From assembly GCA_038242295.1 (NCBI GenBank), contig JBBSSG010000003.1, positions 398 through 64,397 of the forward strand: a DNA stretch of 64,000 nucleotides, in the 5' to 3' direction. Made by a program: the position numbers and the translations under genes. A model generated the notes under the pieces. It had not been told where the DNA came from. It did not search any database and worked only from the letters and a program-made list of their open reading frames with translations. This stretch comes from Mycobacteriales bacterium. Its GTDB lineage: Bacteria > Actinomycetota > Actinomycetes > Mycobacteriales > Mycobacteriaceae. The first letter of the stretch is position 1. Each line of letters opens with the position of its first letter. This document shows positions 43,591 to 55,065 of the stretch, in pieces.

Positions 43591-45096
43591 TCACTGTTTG
43601 TTGAAGTGCGGTGCTTCGGTCACTCCGTCGGGTGGCGTCTGCGTGGCCTCCGGGGATCCGCCATCAACTTTGCCTGGCTCAGGCTTTGCGGGCGCCGCGA
43701 CGCTGCCTGACTCAGCGGGAGTCGCGGCTTGCTTCGGCGCGCTCTTGTCCGTCTCGTAGTAGTACGAGTAACTGTCGCCGCCGCGCCGACTGTTCGGCGT
43801 CATCGTGAAGACGGCACCGAGGAGGTGTGCACCGATCGTCGACAGATTGCCGGTTGCTCGGGACAATTCGGCCTCGGACGTATGCCCGTGGCGTGCGACG
43901 ACGAGCGCACCGTCACTGTGTGTGGTGAGCAGAGCCGAGTCCGTCACCGGCAGGAGCGGTGCACCGTCGATGATGACGTAGTCGAAGCGTCCGCTGAGCT
44001 CGTCGATGATCCGCTTTGCGGCGTCCGAGCCGAGTAGCTCACTCGGGTTCGGCGGCAAAGGCCCTGATGCGAGAACTACGAGTCCGTTGTATTTGGTCGG
44101 CTGCAGTACGTCGTCGAGTCCCGCCTGGCCGGCGAGAACTGTGGACAGGCCCACCGAGCTGATCATGCCGAGGTATTTCGAGACGCGTGGGCGCCGGAGA
44201 TCACCTTCGACGAGCACTACGTCATGACCGGCTTCGGCCAGGGCGAGCGAAAGGTTGATCGCCACAGTCGTTTTGCCCTCCGACGGCACCGCACTGGTCA
44301 CCACGATCACGCGGGGAGGGTGATCCACTTCGAGGAACTGAAGGTTGGTGCGCAGCTCGCGGAACGCCTCGGCACTCGACGAATGGGCCGCACCGAACGA
44401 GACGATCGAAGCATCGGTGAGGTCTTTGTCGAAGGGAATAGTTCCGACCAGAGCTGTCCCGGCGGCGGTTTCGAGAGCCTTGCGGTCTTTGATCGTGTTG
44501 TCGAGTCGATCACGCAGCACTGCCAGTGCGATGCCGAGCAGTAGACCAACGGCAGCACCGAGCGCGAGATTGCGCTTCGTCTTGGGACTGACGGGTATCG
44601 ACGGTGTCTGCGCTTGCTCGACCGGACGCACCACGGCTGAGGGTGCGCCGCCGTCTTCGGGAGTCTCCAACTCGCGAACGAAGCCGGTCAGCTCGGTTGC
44701 GAGACCGTTTGCGATATCGCGCGTCTGGGCCGGGTCGGTGCCGACGGAGCAGATGTCGAGCAACACGGTGTCCGGCTTGGACGTCGCGGTCACGCCGGCG
44801 GCCAGCTCACCCGGCGTCGTCGACAGTCCGAGATCGTCGATGACACGTGCTGCCAGCGTCTCTCCGGTGACGAGTTCGGAGTACGAGGTGACGCGCTGCT
44901 GAGAGAAGAGGTTGCCTTGGTAAGTCTCGCTCACCGTCGATCCGCCGGAGGTGGAGACGAAAACACGGCTGCATGCCTGATACGTCGGCGTCGTGATGAG
45001 GGAAACTGCCAATGAGCCCAGTACCGCCACGGCGACCGTAACGACGATGATCATCCATCGCGTCCTCAATATCTGCAGGTAATCCTGGATTTCCAC
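43591..45096 (-). CDS. wzc: Polysaccharide co-polymerase / BY tyrosine autokinase (Wzc-like)
   Basis: Wzz-like N-terminus with two TMs, EAFRELRTNL, Walker A SEGKTT, GDLRRP, IIDGAP and Tyr cluster YSYYY. Confidence 0.92.
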   Translation of the reverse strand: MEIQDYLQILRTRWMIIVVTVAVAVLGSLAVSLITTPTYQACSRVFVSTSGGSTVSETYQGNLFSQQRVTSYSELVTGETLAARVIDDLGLSTTPGELAAGVTATSKPDTVLLDICSVGTDPAQTRDIANGLATELTGFVRELETPEDGGAPSAVVRPVEQAQTPSIPVSPKTKRNLALGAAVGLLLGIALAVLRDRLDNTIKDRKALETAAGTALVGTIPFDKDLTDASIVSFGAAHSSSAEAFRELRTNLQFLEVDHPPRVIVVTSAVPSEGKTTVAINLSLALAEAGHDVVLVEGDLRRPRVSKYLGMISSVGLSTVLAGQAGLDDVLQPTKYNGLVVLASGPLPPNPSELLGSDAAKRIIDELSGRFDYVIIDGAPLLPVTDSALLTTHSDGALVVARHGHTSEAELSRATGNLSTIGAHLLGAVFTMTPNSRRGGDSYSYYYETDKSAPKQAATPAESGSVAAPAKPEPGKVDGGSPEATQTPPDGVTEAPHFNKQ

Positions 45097-45207
45097 GAGG
45101 GGCTCCTTCAGTGTTCGGCAGTTCTTGTCGGCAAGTCGGTACGGAAATTTCCTGATGTTTCACGAGGTCATCTGTTCAAGTGTCGACGCCTTCGTCCGGC
45201 GGTGAGT

Positions 45208-48200
45208 TCACGCAGCACCCTCTGTCCTGGCGCGCTGCCGGTCCGACACGCTCACCGAGCGAAGTTCTCTGGAGATGGCGCGGACCCCGTCTTCGTGGAG
45301 CATCGCGTCGTGTTCCACATCGACGTGGCGCACTCGCAGTGGCCGGCCCAAAAATGGTTGCCATTGAGATGCGCCATCGGAGCCGCGAGCTGAGAAGTAG
45401 ACGGTATCGCCGGTGTACACGTCGGCCTCGTAGGAGGCGACCAATGTGGACGCATCGACGACCGGGCGGTACATATTGCGTAGATGTTCGACGGTGACGA
45501 AAGCTGTCTCCGGGTGCTGAATCCGCAGGTTCTGCGCGATCTCGTCGAAGGTGGAACCGGTGACGCCGAGCTGGTCGGCGAGGTCGGCGAGCCCAAATTC
45601 TTCGGCGTCCTCGGGCGCGGACAGGCGCGCGTCGACGAGCACGAGTGCGGTGCTGTCGCCGGCCTGCAGTGCGGTCGCGACGGCATGGGCGATGACGCCT
45701 CCGAGTGACCATCCGAGCAGAATGTACGGGCCGTGTGGACGGATTCTCTTGATCTCGCGAATGTAGCGAGCTGCGTAGTCCTCGATCCGTTCCGGCGGTA
45801 CCTCGTTGCCGTCCAGACCTGGCATCTGGAGCCCGTAGACCGGTCGATCCACGGCAGCGGCCAAGGCTGCGTAGCTCCAGGCGACGCCCACGGCTGGGTG
45901 GATGCAGAACACGGGTGCTCCATTGCCGTACGGCGCAAGCGGAAGCAGGACCCCGAAAGCATTGTCGGTCGATGTATCTGCCGGGGAGCTCTCGATCCGC
46001 GCAGCGAGCCCGGCCACTGTCTGATCGGTGAACAGCCATGCTGCAGGAACCCGGCATCCGAGCGCGCGTTCGAGATTGTCTGCCGCCCGTACTGCGGCCA
46101 GCGAATGTCCGCCGAGCTCGAAGAAGTTGAGATCCGCCCCGATGGCCTGCGCGTCGACGTCGAGCACCTCGGCGAACACGTCGCGGATGGTGCGTTCGAG
46201 TTCGCCTTTCACCGCGACGGGCTGGGCGGGGAGATAGGAGGGAGCGGGCAGGCGTGATCGGTCGATCTTGCCTGCGATGGACATGGGCAACGACTCGACC
46301 TCGACGAAGACCGTCGGGATCATGTACGACGGCACCCTGGCGCTCAGGAGAGATCGAAGCTCCCGGCGATCGACAGCGCCGACCACGTAAGCCGCTAATA
46401 CTGTCCCCGCTTCGCTGGAATGACCTATGGCACAGGCTTGTTCGACACCTTCGTGAGCCAGCAGCGCCGCCTCGACCTCGGCCAGTTCGACGCGGTGGCC
46501 GCGAATCTTCACCTGCGAGTCCACTCTTCCGAGGAATTCGAGCTCATTGGCCGAGTCGGCGGCGACCCAGCGCACGAGATCCCCGGTGCGGTACATTCGC
46601 GAGCCCGATCGGCCGAATGGGTTGGGCACAAATCGATTCGAGGTGATGGCGGCCCGATCGACGTATCCGCGGGCGAGTCCCGGGCCGGCGAGGTACAGCT
46701 CGCCGACGACATTTCCGGGGACCTGACGCAGTCGAGTATCGAGGACGAGGGCGTCGAACCCATGGGATGGTGCGCCGATCGTGACTCGTCGGCCGCCTGC
46801 CAAATCTGCCGTGCAGGTACCCATGACGGTACTTTCGGTTGGACCGTAGGCGTTGAAAACTGCACGTCCATCCGACCAGCGTTGCACCAGTTCGGAATTG
46901 ACTGCATCGCCAGCCATGATGACGGTATGCACCGACGGCACTGCCGAGGCATCCGTCACCTGCAGGACGGCGGGCGTCAGGCATACGTGCGTCACGGCCG
47001 TCGTGGATACGAGCGCTTCGAGTTCACGTCCGGCGTAGACGTTTCCGGGCGCGGTGATCAAACATGCACCCGAACCTGTCGCGAGGAGAATCTCGAACAC
47101 CGACGCGTCGAAACTTGGTGAGGCGAATTGCAGTACCCGCGAGTTCTCGTCGACGCCGAACAACTCACGCTGACTGTGCACCAGATTCGCGATGCCGCGG
47201 TGGGTGATCTGCACGCCCTTCGGTGTGCCGGTCGAACCCGAGGTGTAGATGACGTACGCGACGTCGTCGACGAGAGGGATCTGTCTCTCCGCGGGTCCGT
47301 GCGAGTCCGCTCCGTCGACTGATATCCACGGGCAGGTTCCCGCGCCGCCGCCGCGGGAGACTCCCACAACAGGGCGGGCTTCAGCGAGGATCTCCGCGAC
47401 CCGCTCGGATGGATGAGCTGGGTCGAGGGGCAGGAAGGCAGCCCCTGTCCACGCGACCGCCCAGAGCGCGACGACGTGCTCGATCGACCTGGGGAGCGAG
47501 ATTGCGACCAACTGGCCAGGGCCTGCACCGGACTCGATCAGTTGCGAGGCGAGGGACTCGGCGCGAGAATGCAGTTCGGCGTAGGTAACTCGCCGGGCAC
47601 CGTCGATCACGGCTGTCGAATCTGCCCAGCGCACCGCGGCGTCGGCGAATGCTTTCCCCAGCGTCGCGTTCTCAGCGATGCCCGGGCGATGAACCGGAGT
47701 AACACCGTCGGTTCCGAGCACGTCGAGTCTTTGCAGTTCGATATCGGGAGTCTCGATCACACTGTGCAACAGCGCAACCAAGCGATCTGCAAGTGTCGTC
47801 ACGATGGATCGTTCGAATCTGGCCGGCGCGTAGGATACCGATCCGGTCACCACGTCCGAGGAGTCGTCGACCACTACCTCGAGGTCGAACTGCGGCTCTT
47901 CGGGGCGAATCTGGCGGGGCTCGACCTCTCCCTCGCCGAGATCGAGCACTGGCGGCCGCAACGAGGACACAGAGAGAAGAACCTGAAAGAACGGGTGCGT
48001 GTCGGCGTGCCGGGCCGGATCGAGGGTCTCGACGACGTCGTCGAACGGCACATCGGCGTTGGCGAACGCATCGAGATCTCGATCGCGCACGGCCGTGACG
48101 AACTCGGCGAACGTCATGCTCCGGTCGAGCACGGTCCGCAACACTATGGTTCCCACGAACATGCCGACGAGTGCGTCGAGCTCAGGGTCCGAACGACCGG

Positions 48201-51200
48201 CAACGGGAGTACCGACGGCGATGTCGTCGCCGCCGCTGAGTTCCGCGAGTACCAGTGCCAACGCCGCATGAACCACCACGAATGCGGTTGCGCCCAGTCG
48301 GCCCGCAAGCGACCGCAGGCTCGCGGTCATGGTGCCGTCGAGTCCGAACTCGACGGGATTCGCCGCCGCCGAGGCGTCGGGAAGGCCGGTCGGTAGCTCG
48401 AGGTAGTCGGGTAGTCCCTCCAGCGTCCGGGTCCAGAAGGCGAGTTGGGTCTCGCCGACTACCGCGAGAACCTCACGCTGCCAGCGGCGATAGTCCGCAT
48501 AATCGACGACGAGCGGAGTGAAATCGGGGCGTGCCCCGGTCAGCCTGGCGGTGAGCGCGATACGCGCGTCCTGAGCCAACGGGGCGAGGGAGAGTCCGTC
48601 CACCGCGATGTGATGGGCAACCACCGACAGCCGAAGGCTGCCCTCCCCGCCGTCCAGGACCGCCAACCGGAGAGGCACCTCGGCGGTGAGGTCGAAGCCT
48701 GCCGACGCCAACGCGAGGAGTGCGTTCTCGATCTTGCCCGGCTCGATACTCGTGATCGTCAACGGTGCGACCGCATCGGCCGTGTCCTGCACCGCGACCA
48801 CCGGGCCTGTGTCACCCGGACGGTAGATGGTGCGCAAGGGGGCATGACGTTCGACGAGGTCCAGCACCGCCGATCGCAGTGCATCGAGATCGAGATCTCG
48901 GGGCAAGGGGATGGCAAACGAAACGTTGTAGGCGCTCGACTCCGGATCGAGCCTGTTCTGCAACCAGATCCGGCGCTCGGCGGCGGACACCGCATCGGCG
49001 CCCGCCCCGGAGTGTTCGAGGGCAGGGAGCGCGACGTAGGCGTCCGACAGTGTCGAAGCAGCCGCGGCGAGCAGCCGCGCAGTGGGCGCTTGGAACAGCA
49101 TCCGCACCGGTACGGCGACTGCCAAGGCCGACGCGATGCGCGTGACTGCGCGGGTGGCGATAAGCGAATCACCGCCGAGAGCAAAGAAATTGGCGTCCAC
49201 CGATACCGTCTCGTGCCCGAGGAGGTCAGCAAAGACGCCTGCCACCACCTCCTCGGCGAGGCCCGTGGACGAATGCGCTACCGGCGCGATGTCCGGCGGA
49301 ATCTCGAGCGCTGCGACATCGATCTTTCCGTTGTCGGTCAACGGGATCGAGTCGATCGACACGATCGTCGTCGGGACCATCGATGCGGGCAATAGATTCC
49401 ACAGCTCGGATACCAGCCCTACGGTGTTGCCGACGACCCAGGCGAGGAGCACGTCATCGTGGACGGCGACGACTGCCGCTTCGACTCCGGGCTGCGAGGT
49501 GATCGCCGACTCGACATCGCCCAACTCGATCCGCACACCGCGGATCTGGACCTGAGAGTCCTCCCGTCCGACGAAATCGAACCTGCCCCCGGCTGCGATC
49601 CGGACGATATCGCCAGTGCGGTAGAGCCTTTCACCATTTGCAGCAGCAACAAATCGCTCGGTCGTCAGGGCCGCATATTCCCCGTAGGCCCGCGCCAACC
49701 CAACTCCGCCGAGATAAAGCTCCCCGATGCCGCCCACAGGTACCCGCACAAGGCGTCGGTCCAGGACGACAGCGCGGACGAAGTCGAGCGGCGCACCGAT
49801 AGTGATGCGGGAGCGAGCGTCCAAGGGCTCGGTCAGAGTAGCGACCACGGTCGATTCGGCGGGTCCGTACGCGTTGAGCATCCGCCGCCCCGGACTCCAG
49901 GTTGCCGCCACCGACGCCGGCAATACGTCACCCCCGACTGCCACTGTTTCGACGCAGTCGACGGGAGGGACTGTCGCGAGGACAGCAGGAGTCGACAGAA
50001 AATGCGTGACGCAGTGCCGGCCGAGGAACTCTGCAGTTTCCTCGCCGCCGGCCATGTCGGCGGGCGCGAGCACCAGCGTTGCGCCCGAACCGAAGGCCAG
50101 CACCAGTTCGAGGACTGCGGCGTCGAAGTTGACCGAGTAGCCGTGCAGTACCCGAGAATCCGGCGTGACCGCATACTTCGGAATTACCTGCTGGGCAAGC
50201 GCATACACGCTACGGTGCGTCACAGTCACCGGTTTGGGAGCACCCGTCGACCCGGAGGTGTGCACGATGTACGCGGGATGGTCGGGCAGCAACGAGGCCA
50301 GTCTGTCGGCGTCACCGAGCGGAGAATCGCCGAGTTCTTCGGCGTCGGATTCGCGCAACCACGTCGTCCCGGGCTCGGATCCGCCGATGCCGAGGATGCA
50401 CCGCGTCAGCATTGCTTCACGCCGCGGGGCAGGAAAGTCCGGATCCACCGGAACGAAAGCAGCGCCAGACTTCACCACGGCCCACAGTGCGACGAGGTAT
50501 CGAGCCGATCTCGACATCGACAGTGCCACAGCTCGTTCGGGTCCGGCGCCATGCGTAACCAGCAACCGTGCGAGGCGGTTGGACTGGCGGTCGAGTTCGT
50601 CGTAAGAGAGGGTGATCTCGCCATCGATCGCTGGATTGTCGTGAGCTGGGTTGCCCAGCGGAAGGAGATCGAGCATCGTTCCGGGCTCGGCCACCCTCTG
50701 GTCATGGTTTTGTCCGGCCCCCGCAGCAGAACTCGACGGCAGCTCTATGTCCCCTGCTACCACCGACGGGTCTGCGATCACCGCCGTGAGCACCTGCAGG
50801 AATGCTGCGGTGAATGCGGCCGCAGTATCGGGCAGGTACAGATCCGTGGAGTACTCGAGATAACCACTCGTGGTGTCGGAGGTGGCCGAAAGCACCAGGT
50901 TCAGATCGAACTCGGATGCCGTCGTCTCGGTGAACCGCACCGCCAGCGGGAGGCCGTCGGTGCTCTCGTGGGGCACGTTGTCGAAGGACAGCATCACGCG
51001 GAACAGCGGATGGCGATCGATGCTTCGGCCGGTCGATACTGCGTCGACGATGCGTTCGAAAGGTACGTCGGCGTGCGCAAATGCGTCGAGGTCGGCGCGC
51101 CGCACCGAGGTCAGAACATCTTCGAAAGGAGCGCCGCGATCGATCGTCACAGCAAGCGGGACGGTGCCGACGAACATGCCGACCATGTTCTCGAGAGCGG

Positions 51201-54200
51201 CGTGCCCACGGCCCGCAGACGGTGTTCCGACGACGGTTCTGTCGACGTCACGGTACCGACTCAGCGTCGCCGCCAACGCGGCGTGGATGATCATGAACGG
51301 CGTCACTTCGCGCGACTGTGCGATCTCGTGCAGTCCGCGGTGCAGGGCCCCGTCGAATTCGACCGGGATTCTTCCGATGGGCGAATGCGCGGTTCGGGGA
51401 CGCGGATTGTCGGCAGGCAGCTCCGCTATCGGCTCCTCACCGGCCGGGAATACCGACCGCCAATAGTCGAGATGCTGTTCGGCAGCGGCATCGACTACCG
51501 CCCTGTTCCACACGGTGTACTGGCTGTACTGCACTGCCAACGGCTGCCACGTGGGGGCGTGGCCTGCGCTACGGGCGAGGTACGCGGCGGAAAAATCCCG
51601 GACGAGGGGGGCGAGCGACCAACCGTCGACCGCGATGTGGTGTGCGACGATCACCAGCACGGTCCGCTCTCCCGATACCAGAAGCTCCACTCGCAGCGGC
51701 ACTTCCGCCGCCACATCGAATCCTTTTCGTGCCGCCGCATCGACCGCCTGCTCCAGGTCGCCGAAGTCCACCACTCGGGTCGGTACGTCGCCGAGCAGGG
51801 TGAACGCCGGTACCACCTGCTGATGCGGGCCGTCGTTGTCGACGGGGTAGTAGGTTCGCAGCGACTCGTGTCTGGCCAACACGTCACGCAACGCTGCGAT
51901 AGCGATACCGCTGTCGGTTCCCGGCGGCAATTCCAATGCCGCCGGCATCGTGTAGGCGGAAGACTCCGCATCGAACTGCTCGATCACCCAGATTCGCTGT
52001 TGTGCATAAGACAGCGGAATTCTCTGCGGCACAGTCGTATCGAGCAGATTCAGTTCGTCGGCGGGCACCGGGGTCGAGTCGAGTACGCCTGCCAATCCAG
52101 CCACTGTCGGATGGTCGAACAACTCGGCCAGCGTCAGCCGGGGCGTCAGGCGCGCCAACACTCGTGCTGCGCCGAGCGAGTCACCGCCGCGGGCGAAGAA
52201 GGCATCGTTTCGCCCGAACGAGTCGACCCCGAGTATCTCCTCGAACACCGCCGCCACCGCCCACTCGGTGTCCGTGCGCGGCACGGCATACTCGGTGATC
52301 CGCACCGGGACGATGTCGGGCAACCGGCTGCGGTCCGGCTTACCGCTGGAATTGAGCGGTACCGAATCGATCCCGACGATATTCGTTGGAATCATCCACG
52401 ACGGCAGGCTCTTCCGAAGATGCGCATCGAGGTCGGCCGTATCACCGACGACGTAAGCAACCAACGCATCGTCTCGAACCACCACCACCGCCGAGTCCAC
52501 GGACCGATGACGCAGCAAAACAGATTCGATTTCCCCGAGTTCGACGCGTCGCCCGTGGATCTGAACCTGCGAATCGGCGCGGCCGAGGAACTCCAGGGCA
52601 TCCCCGAGGAGTGATCTGCGGATGCGATCGCCCGTGCGGTACAGCCTGCGCCCTGGTTCGGCTGGGTCGGCAACGAAATGTGCCGCAGTGAGACCTGGTT
52701 GGCCCGCATAGCCTCGGGCCACTCCGTCGCCTCCGAGGTAGAGCTCACCGGCCGCCCCTGACGGCACTCGACGAAGCTCGCCGTCGAGGACGAGCGCGCG
52801 CACTCCCGGCAGTGGGGTCCCGATGTTCACCGGTTCCCCTGCCACCATCGGCGCCGACACCGTAGCAAGCACGGTCGCTTCGGTGGGGCCGTAGGCATCG
52901 AGCATCGCGCGGTCCGGGGAGAGGAAAGCATCGCGGAGTTCAGGTGGGCAGGCCTCGCCGCCGACGTCGAACACTTCGACCCCGCCGAGGTCGTCGGGCG
53001 TCAGTGTCGCCAACACTGCCGGGGCGGTGACAAGATGCGTGATGCGTTCGCGCGCAATAAGTTCTGCGAGATCCGGGCCTGCATAGACGTCCGTCGGTGC
53101 GATGACGAGAGTCGCTCCCGCCGCGAACGCCATGAGAATTTCCTGGATCGACGCGTCGAACACCGGCGAGGCGAGGTGCAGCACCCGCGATTCGCTCGTG
53201 ACTCGGTACCGCCCCCGAGCGCCCGACGCCAATGCCGCGAGGCCGCGGTGCGAGACGCTGACGCCTTTGGGAGTACCTGTGGTGCCGGAGGTGTGTACGA
53301 GATATGCCTCGTTGTCGACATGTGGAACAGCGGCGTATGGAACAGCGGCGGCGGGAGCGTGATTGCCACCGGTCATGGTCTCGATGTTCAGCCAGTCGAT
53401 GTGCTCGGGCAACCTGGGGATCATCTCGGAGCTTGCCAGCCCCAATCGAATACCTGCTGCGGACAGCATGTTCGGTAGCCGTGGATCGGAGGGATCCACC
53501 GGCACGAATGATGCCCCGGCTTTTGATACGCCGATGTTTGCCAGGACCGACAGGTGCGAGCGATCGACGGCAGTCGCTACCCTGACCTCGGGGCCTGCTC
53601 CTCGAGAAACAAGTTGAGTAGCAACAGTATTCGTTGCTGCGTCCAGCTCGGCGTACGTGTACGTAACACTGCCGAAGCGCATGGCCTCGGCGTCGGCCTC
53701 GCCCCGGATCAAGCTGGTCAGCAGCACTGGGCTCGGCGCAGCATCCACCCCGACCCAGCGCCCCGGTATCTCGCGACTCGGGGCAGTCTGTTCGGCAACG
53801 CCTTCGGTTACGCGGAGGGACGCGAGCGCACAGTCCTCATCCGCGGCAGCCAGCTCGCGGAGCAAAATCAGGAACCGCCGGTGGTGCTCAGTGATTTCCG
53901 CTTGCGTGTAAGTCGTGGGATTTCCCAGGAAGTCGACGCGGGTACTGGCCCCGGCGACGCCCGGATACATGTTCAGCATGAGGTCATCGAGCGGCCCGGA
54001 GGACAAAACACGATAGTCGCCGACAGCGGATCCGAACCTGATGGTGGTGCCGAACATCATGATGTTCACTGTCGGCCCGAAGTCAGCGCGCCTACCGTCC
54101 TGGATCCGAAAGCGTTGATGCCGAAGGGCACCGACGAGTTCGGCCTGCACGCGGGCGCGGAGTTGCCCAACTGTCGCGGACGGCTCGACGAACAACCGCA

Positions 54201-55065
54201 GCGGTACGACGTTGGACATCATGCCGGAAGATTCCCGGAGCATGGCCGTCGTACGTCCGGATACCGGCAAGCTCATCATGACGTCGCTGCTGCCCGTCAT
54301 CCGTGCGAGATACAACGCGAACGCGGCCAGCACATCGGGCACCGAAAGCGTTTCCCCGTCGACGGTGACTCCGACTGCCAACGCTGTCGTGGCCGGTACT
54401 TCGGCGCGTCCGGCCAGCCTCGTGCGATCGGGCCGATCGCTGAGTCGGTCGGTCCAGTAGTCGCGGTCCGAGATGTACCGGGAGGAGTCGATGTACGCGT
54501 GCTCGTACTCGTGAATCCGCGCGGTCGACCACGCCCTCGTCGGCGGGATCTCCGTGCCGCTGAGCACAGCGTTGTAGACGGTCGCGGTGCGCTCTTGAAG
54601 AGCGATGGCGCCGAGGCCGTCCATGACTACATGATGAGCCCGGCTGAACCAGAAATACCTTTGCTCGCCCACCCGCAATACCTCGGCCACCACGAGTTGG
54701 TCCCGAAGCATGTCCACTGGAGTTCGAATGCGCTCGTCCATATGGCGCCGAGCCGCACCAACCGGGTCGTCGGTGTCGCGAAAATCGCGGACCACGAGAG
54801 CGTAGGGGGCACTCCAATCGACCCATTGATATGCAATTCCATCGCGCTCGAACAGCCGTATACCCGGCGACTCGAGCTCTCGGCTGGCGATGTCGGTGGC
54901 ACGAACCAGTAGGTCCGTATCGAGATCGCCGTTGATGTCGACGTATTGCGCAATGGTGAACGGTACCGACGGGGCGAGAGATTGAGCGATGTAGATGTCG
55001 GTCTGAGCCGCCGACAGAGGGAAGGCGAAATCCGCGTCGCTGCTCAGTGCAGACGTAGAACTCAC
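45208..55065 (-). CDS. Three-module NRPS: C(starter)-A-T-C-A-T-C-A-T-TE
   Basis: C motifs HHVVMDG, HHIAVDG, HHIAVDG; three A domains (TSG.TG.PK, YGP.E, YRTGD); T motifs GGDSL, GGDSL, GGHSL; TE GWSLGG; no E domain. Confidence 0.95.
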   Translation of the reverse strand: MSSTSALSSDADFAFPLSAAQTDIYIAQSLAPSVPFTIAQYVDINGDLDTDLLVRATDIASRELESPGIRLFERDGIAYQWVDWSAPYALVVRDFRDTDDPVGAARRHMDERIRTPVDMLRDQLVVAEVLRVGEQRYFWFSRAHHVVMDGLGAIALQERTATVYNAVLSGTEIPPTRAWSTARIHEYEHAYIDSSRYISDRDYWTDRLSDRPDRTRLAGRAEVPATTALAVGVTVDGETLSVPDVLAAFALYLARMTGSSDVMMSLPVSGRTTAMLRESSGMMSNVVPLRLFVEPSATVGQLRARVQAELVGALRHQRFRIQDGRRADFGPTVNIMMFGTTIRFGSAVGDYRVLSSGPLDDLMLNMYPGVAGASTRVDFLGNPTTYTQAEITEHHRRFLILLRELAAADEDCALASLRVTEGVAEQTAPSREIPGRWVGVDAAPSPVLLTSLIRGEADAEAMRFGSVTYTYAELDAATNTVATQLVSRGAGPEVRVATAVDRSHLSVLANIGVSKAGASFVPVDPSDPRLPNMLSAAGIRLGLASSEMIPRLPEHIDWLNIETMTGGNHAPAAAVPYAAVPHVDNEAYLVHTSGTTGTPKGVSVSHRGLAALASGARGRYRVTSESRVLHLASPVFDASIQEILMAFAAGATLVIAPTDVYAGPDLAELIARERITHLVTAPAVLATLTPDDLGGVEVFDVGGEACPPELRDAFLSPDRAMLDAYGPTEATVLATVSAPMVAGEPVNIGTPLPGVRALVLDGELRRVPSGAAGELYLGGDGVARGYAGQPGLTAAHFVADPAEPGRRLYRTGDRIRRSLLGDALEFLGRADSQVQIHGRRVELGEIESVLLRHRSVDSAVVVVRDDALVAYVVGDTADLDAHLRKSLPSWMIPTNIVGIDSVPLNSSGKPDRSRLPDIVPVRITEYAVPRTDTEWAVAAVFEEILGVDSFGRNDAFFARGGDSLGAARVLARLTPRLTLAELFDHPTVAGLAGVLDSTPVPADELNLLDTTVPQRIPLSYAQQRIWVIEQFDAESSAYTMPAALELPPGTDSGIAIAALRDVLARHESLRTYYPVDNDGPHQQVVPAFTLLGDVPTRVVDFGDLEQAVDAAARKGFDVAAEVPLRVELLVSGERTVLVIVAHHIAVDGWSLAPLVRDFSAAYLARSAGHAPTWQPLAVQYSQYTVWNRAVVDAAAEQHLDYWRSVFPAGEEPIAELPADNPRPRTAHSPIGRIPVEFDGALHRGLHEIAQSREVTPFMIIHAALAATLSRYRDVDRTVVGTPSAGRGHAALENMVGMFVGTVPLAVTIDRGAPFEDVLTSVRRADLDAFAHADVPFERIVDAVSTGRSIDRHPLFRVMLSFDNVPHESTDGLPLAVRFTETTASEFDLNLVLSATSDTTSGYLEYSTDLYLPDTAAAFTAAFLQVLTAVIADPSVVAGDIELPSSSAAGAGQNHDQRVAEPGTMLDLLPLGNPAHDNPAIDGEITLSYDELDRQSNRLARLLVTHGAGPERAVALSMSRSARYLVALWAVVKSGAAFVPVDPDFPAPRREAMLTRCILGIGGSEPGTTWLRESDAEELGDSPLGDADRLASLLPDHPAYIVHTSGSTGAPKPVTVTHRSVYALAQQVIPKYAVTPDSRVLHGYSVNFDAAVLELVLAFGSGATLVLAPADMAGGEETAEFLGRHCVTHFLSTPAVLATVPPVDCVETVAVGGDVLPASVAATWSPGRRMLNAYGPAESTVVATLTEPLDARSRITIGAPLDFVRAVVLDRRLVRVPVGGIGELYLGGVGLARAYGEYAALTTERFVAAANGERLYRTGDIVRIAAGGRFDFVGREDSQVQIRGVRIELGDVESAITSQPGVEAAVVAVHDDVLLAWVVGNTVGLVSELWNLLPASMVPTTIVSIDSIPLTDNGKIDVAALEIPPDIAPVAHSSTGLAEEVVAGVFADLLGHETVSVDANFFALGGDSLIATRAVTRIASALAVAVPVRMLFQAPTARLLAAAASTLSDAYVALPALEHSGAGADAVSAAERRIWLQNRLDPESSAYNVSFAIPLPRDLDLDALRSAVLDLVERHAPLRTIYRPGDTGPVVAVQDTADAVAPLTITSIEPGKIENALLALASAGFDLTAEVPLRLAVLDGGEGSLRLSVVAHHIAVDGLSLAPLAQDARIALTARLTGARPDFTPLVVDYADYRRWQREVLAVVGETQLAFWTRTLEGLPDYLELPTGLPDASAAANPVEFGLDGTMTASLRSLAGRLGATAFVVVHAALALVLAELSGGDDIAVGTPVAGRSDPELDALVGMFVGTIVLRTVLDRSMTFAEFVTAVRDRDLDAFANADVPFDDVVETLDPARHADTHPFFQVLLSVSSLRPPVLDLGEGEVEPRQIRPEEPQFDLEVVVDDSSDVVTGSVSYAPARFERSIVTTLADRLVALLHSVIETPDIELQRLDVLGTDGVTPVHRPGIAENATLGKAFADAAVRWADSTAVIDGARRVTYAELHSRAESLASQLIESGAGPGQLVAISLPRSIEHVVALWAVAWTGAAFLPLDPAHPSERVAEILAEARPVVGVSRGGGAGTCPWISVDGADSHGPAERQIPLVDDVAYVIYTSGSTGTPKGVQITHRGIANLVHSQRELFGVDENSRVLQFASPSFDASVFEILLATGSGACLITAPGNVYAGRELEALVSTTAVTHVCLTPAVLQVTDASAVPSVHTVIMAGDAVNSELVQRWSDGRAVFNAYGPTESTVMGTCTADLAGGRRVTIGAPSHGFDALVLDTRLRQVPGNVVGELYLAGPGLARGYVDRAAITSNRFVPNPFGRSGSRMYRTGDLVRWVAADSANELEFLGRVDSQVKIRGHRVELAEVEAALLAHEGVEQACAIGHSSEAGTVLAAYVVGAVDRRELRSLLSARVPSYMIPTVFVEVESLPMSIAGKIDRSRLPAPSYLPAQPVAVKGELERTIRDVFAEVLDVDAQAIGADLNFFELGGHSLAAVRAADNLERALGCRVPAAWLFTDQTVAGLAARIESSPADTSTDNAFGVLLPLAPYGNGAPVFCIHPAVGVAWSYAALAAAVDRPVYGLQMPGLDGNEVPPERIEDYAARYIREIKRIRPHGPYILLGWSLGGVIAHAVATALQAGDSTALVLVDARLSAPEDAEEFGLADLADQLGVTGSTFDEIAQNLRIQHPETAFVTVEHLRNMYRPVVDASTLVASYEADVYTGDTVYFSARGSDGASQWQPFLGRPLRVRHVDVEHDAMLHEDGVRAISRELRSVSVSDRQRARTEGAA

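Noticed and set aside
45126-45147. TGTCGG between the NRPS and wzc as a PafBC promoter
   Set aside because: No TANNNT at the 10-nt spacing and it points away from wzc
49459-52614. 1051-aa plus-strand ORF and other long ORFs antisense to the NRPS
   Set aside because: Shadow frames of a high-GC coding strand; Arg/His-rich with no recognisable motifs
45208-55065. Specific amino acid predictions for the three A domains
   Set aside because: Specificity codes cannot be extracted reliably by eye and Rhodococcus A domains are poorly predicted
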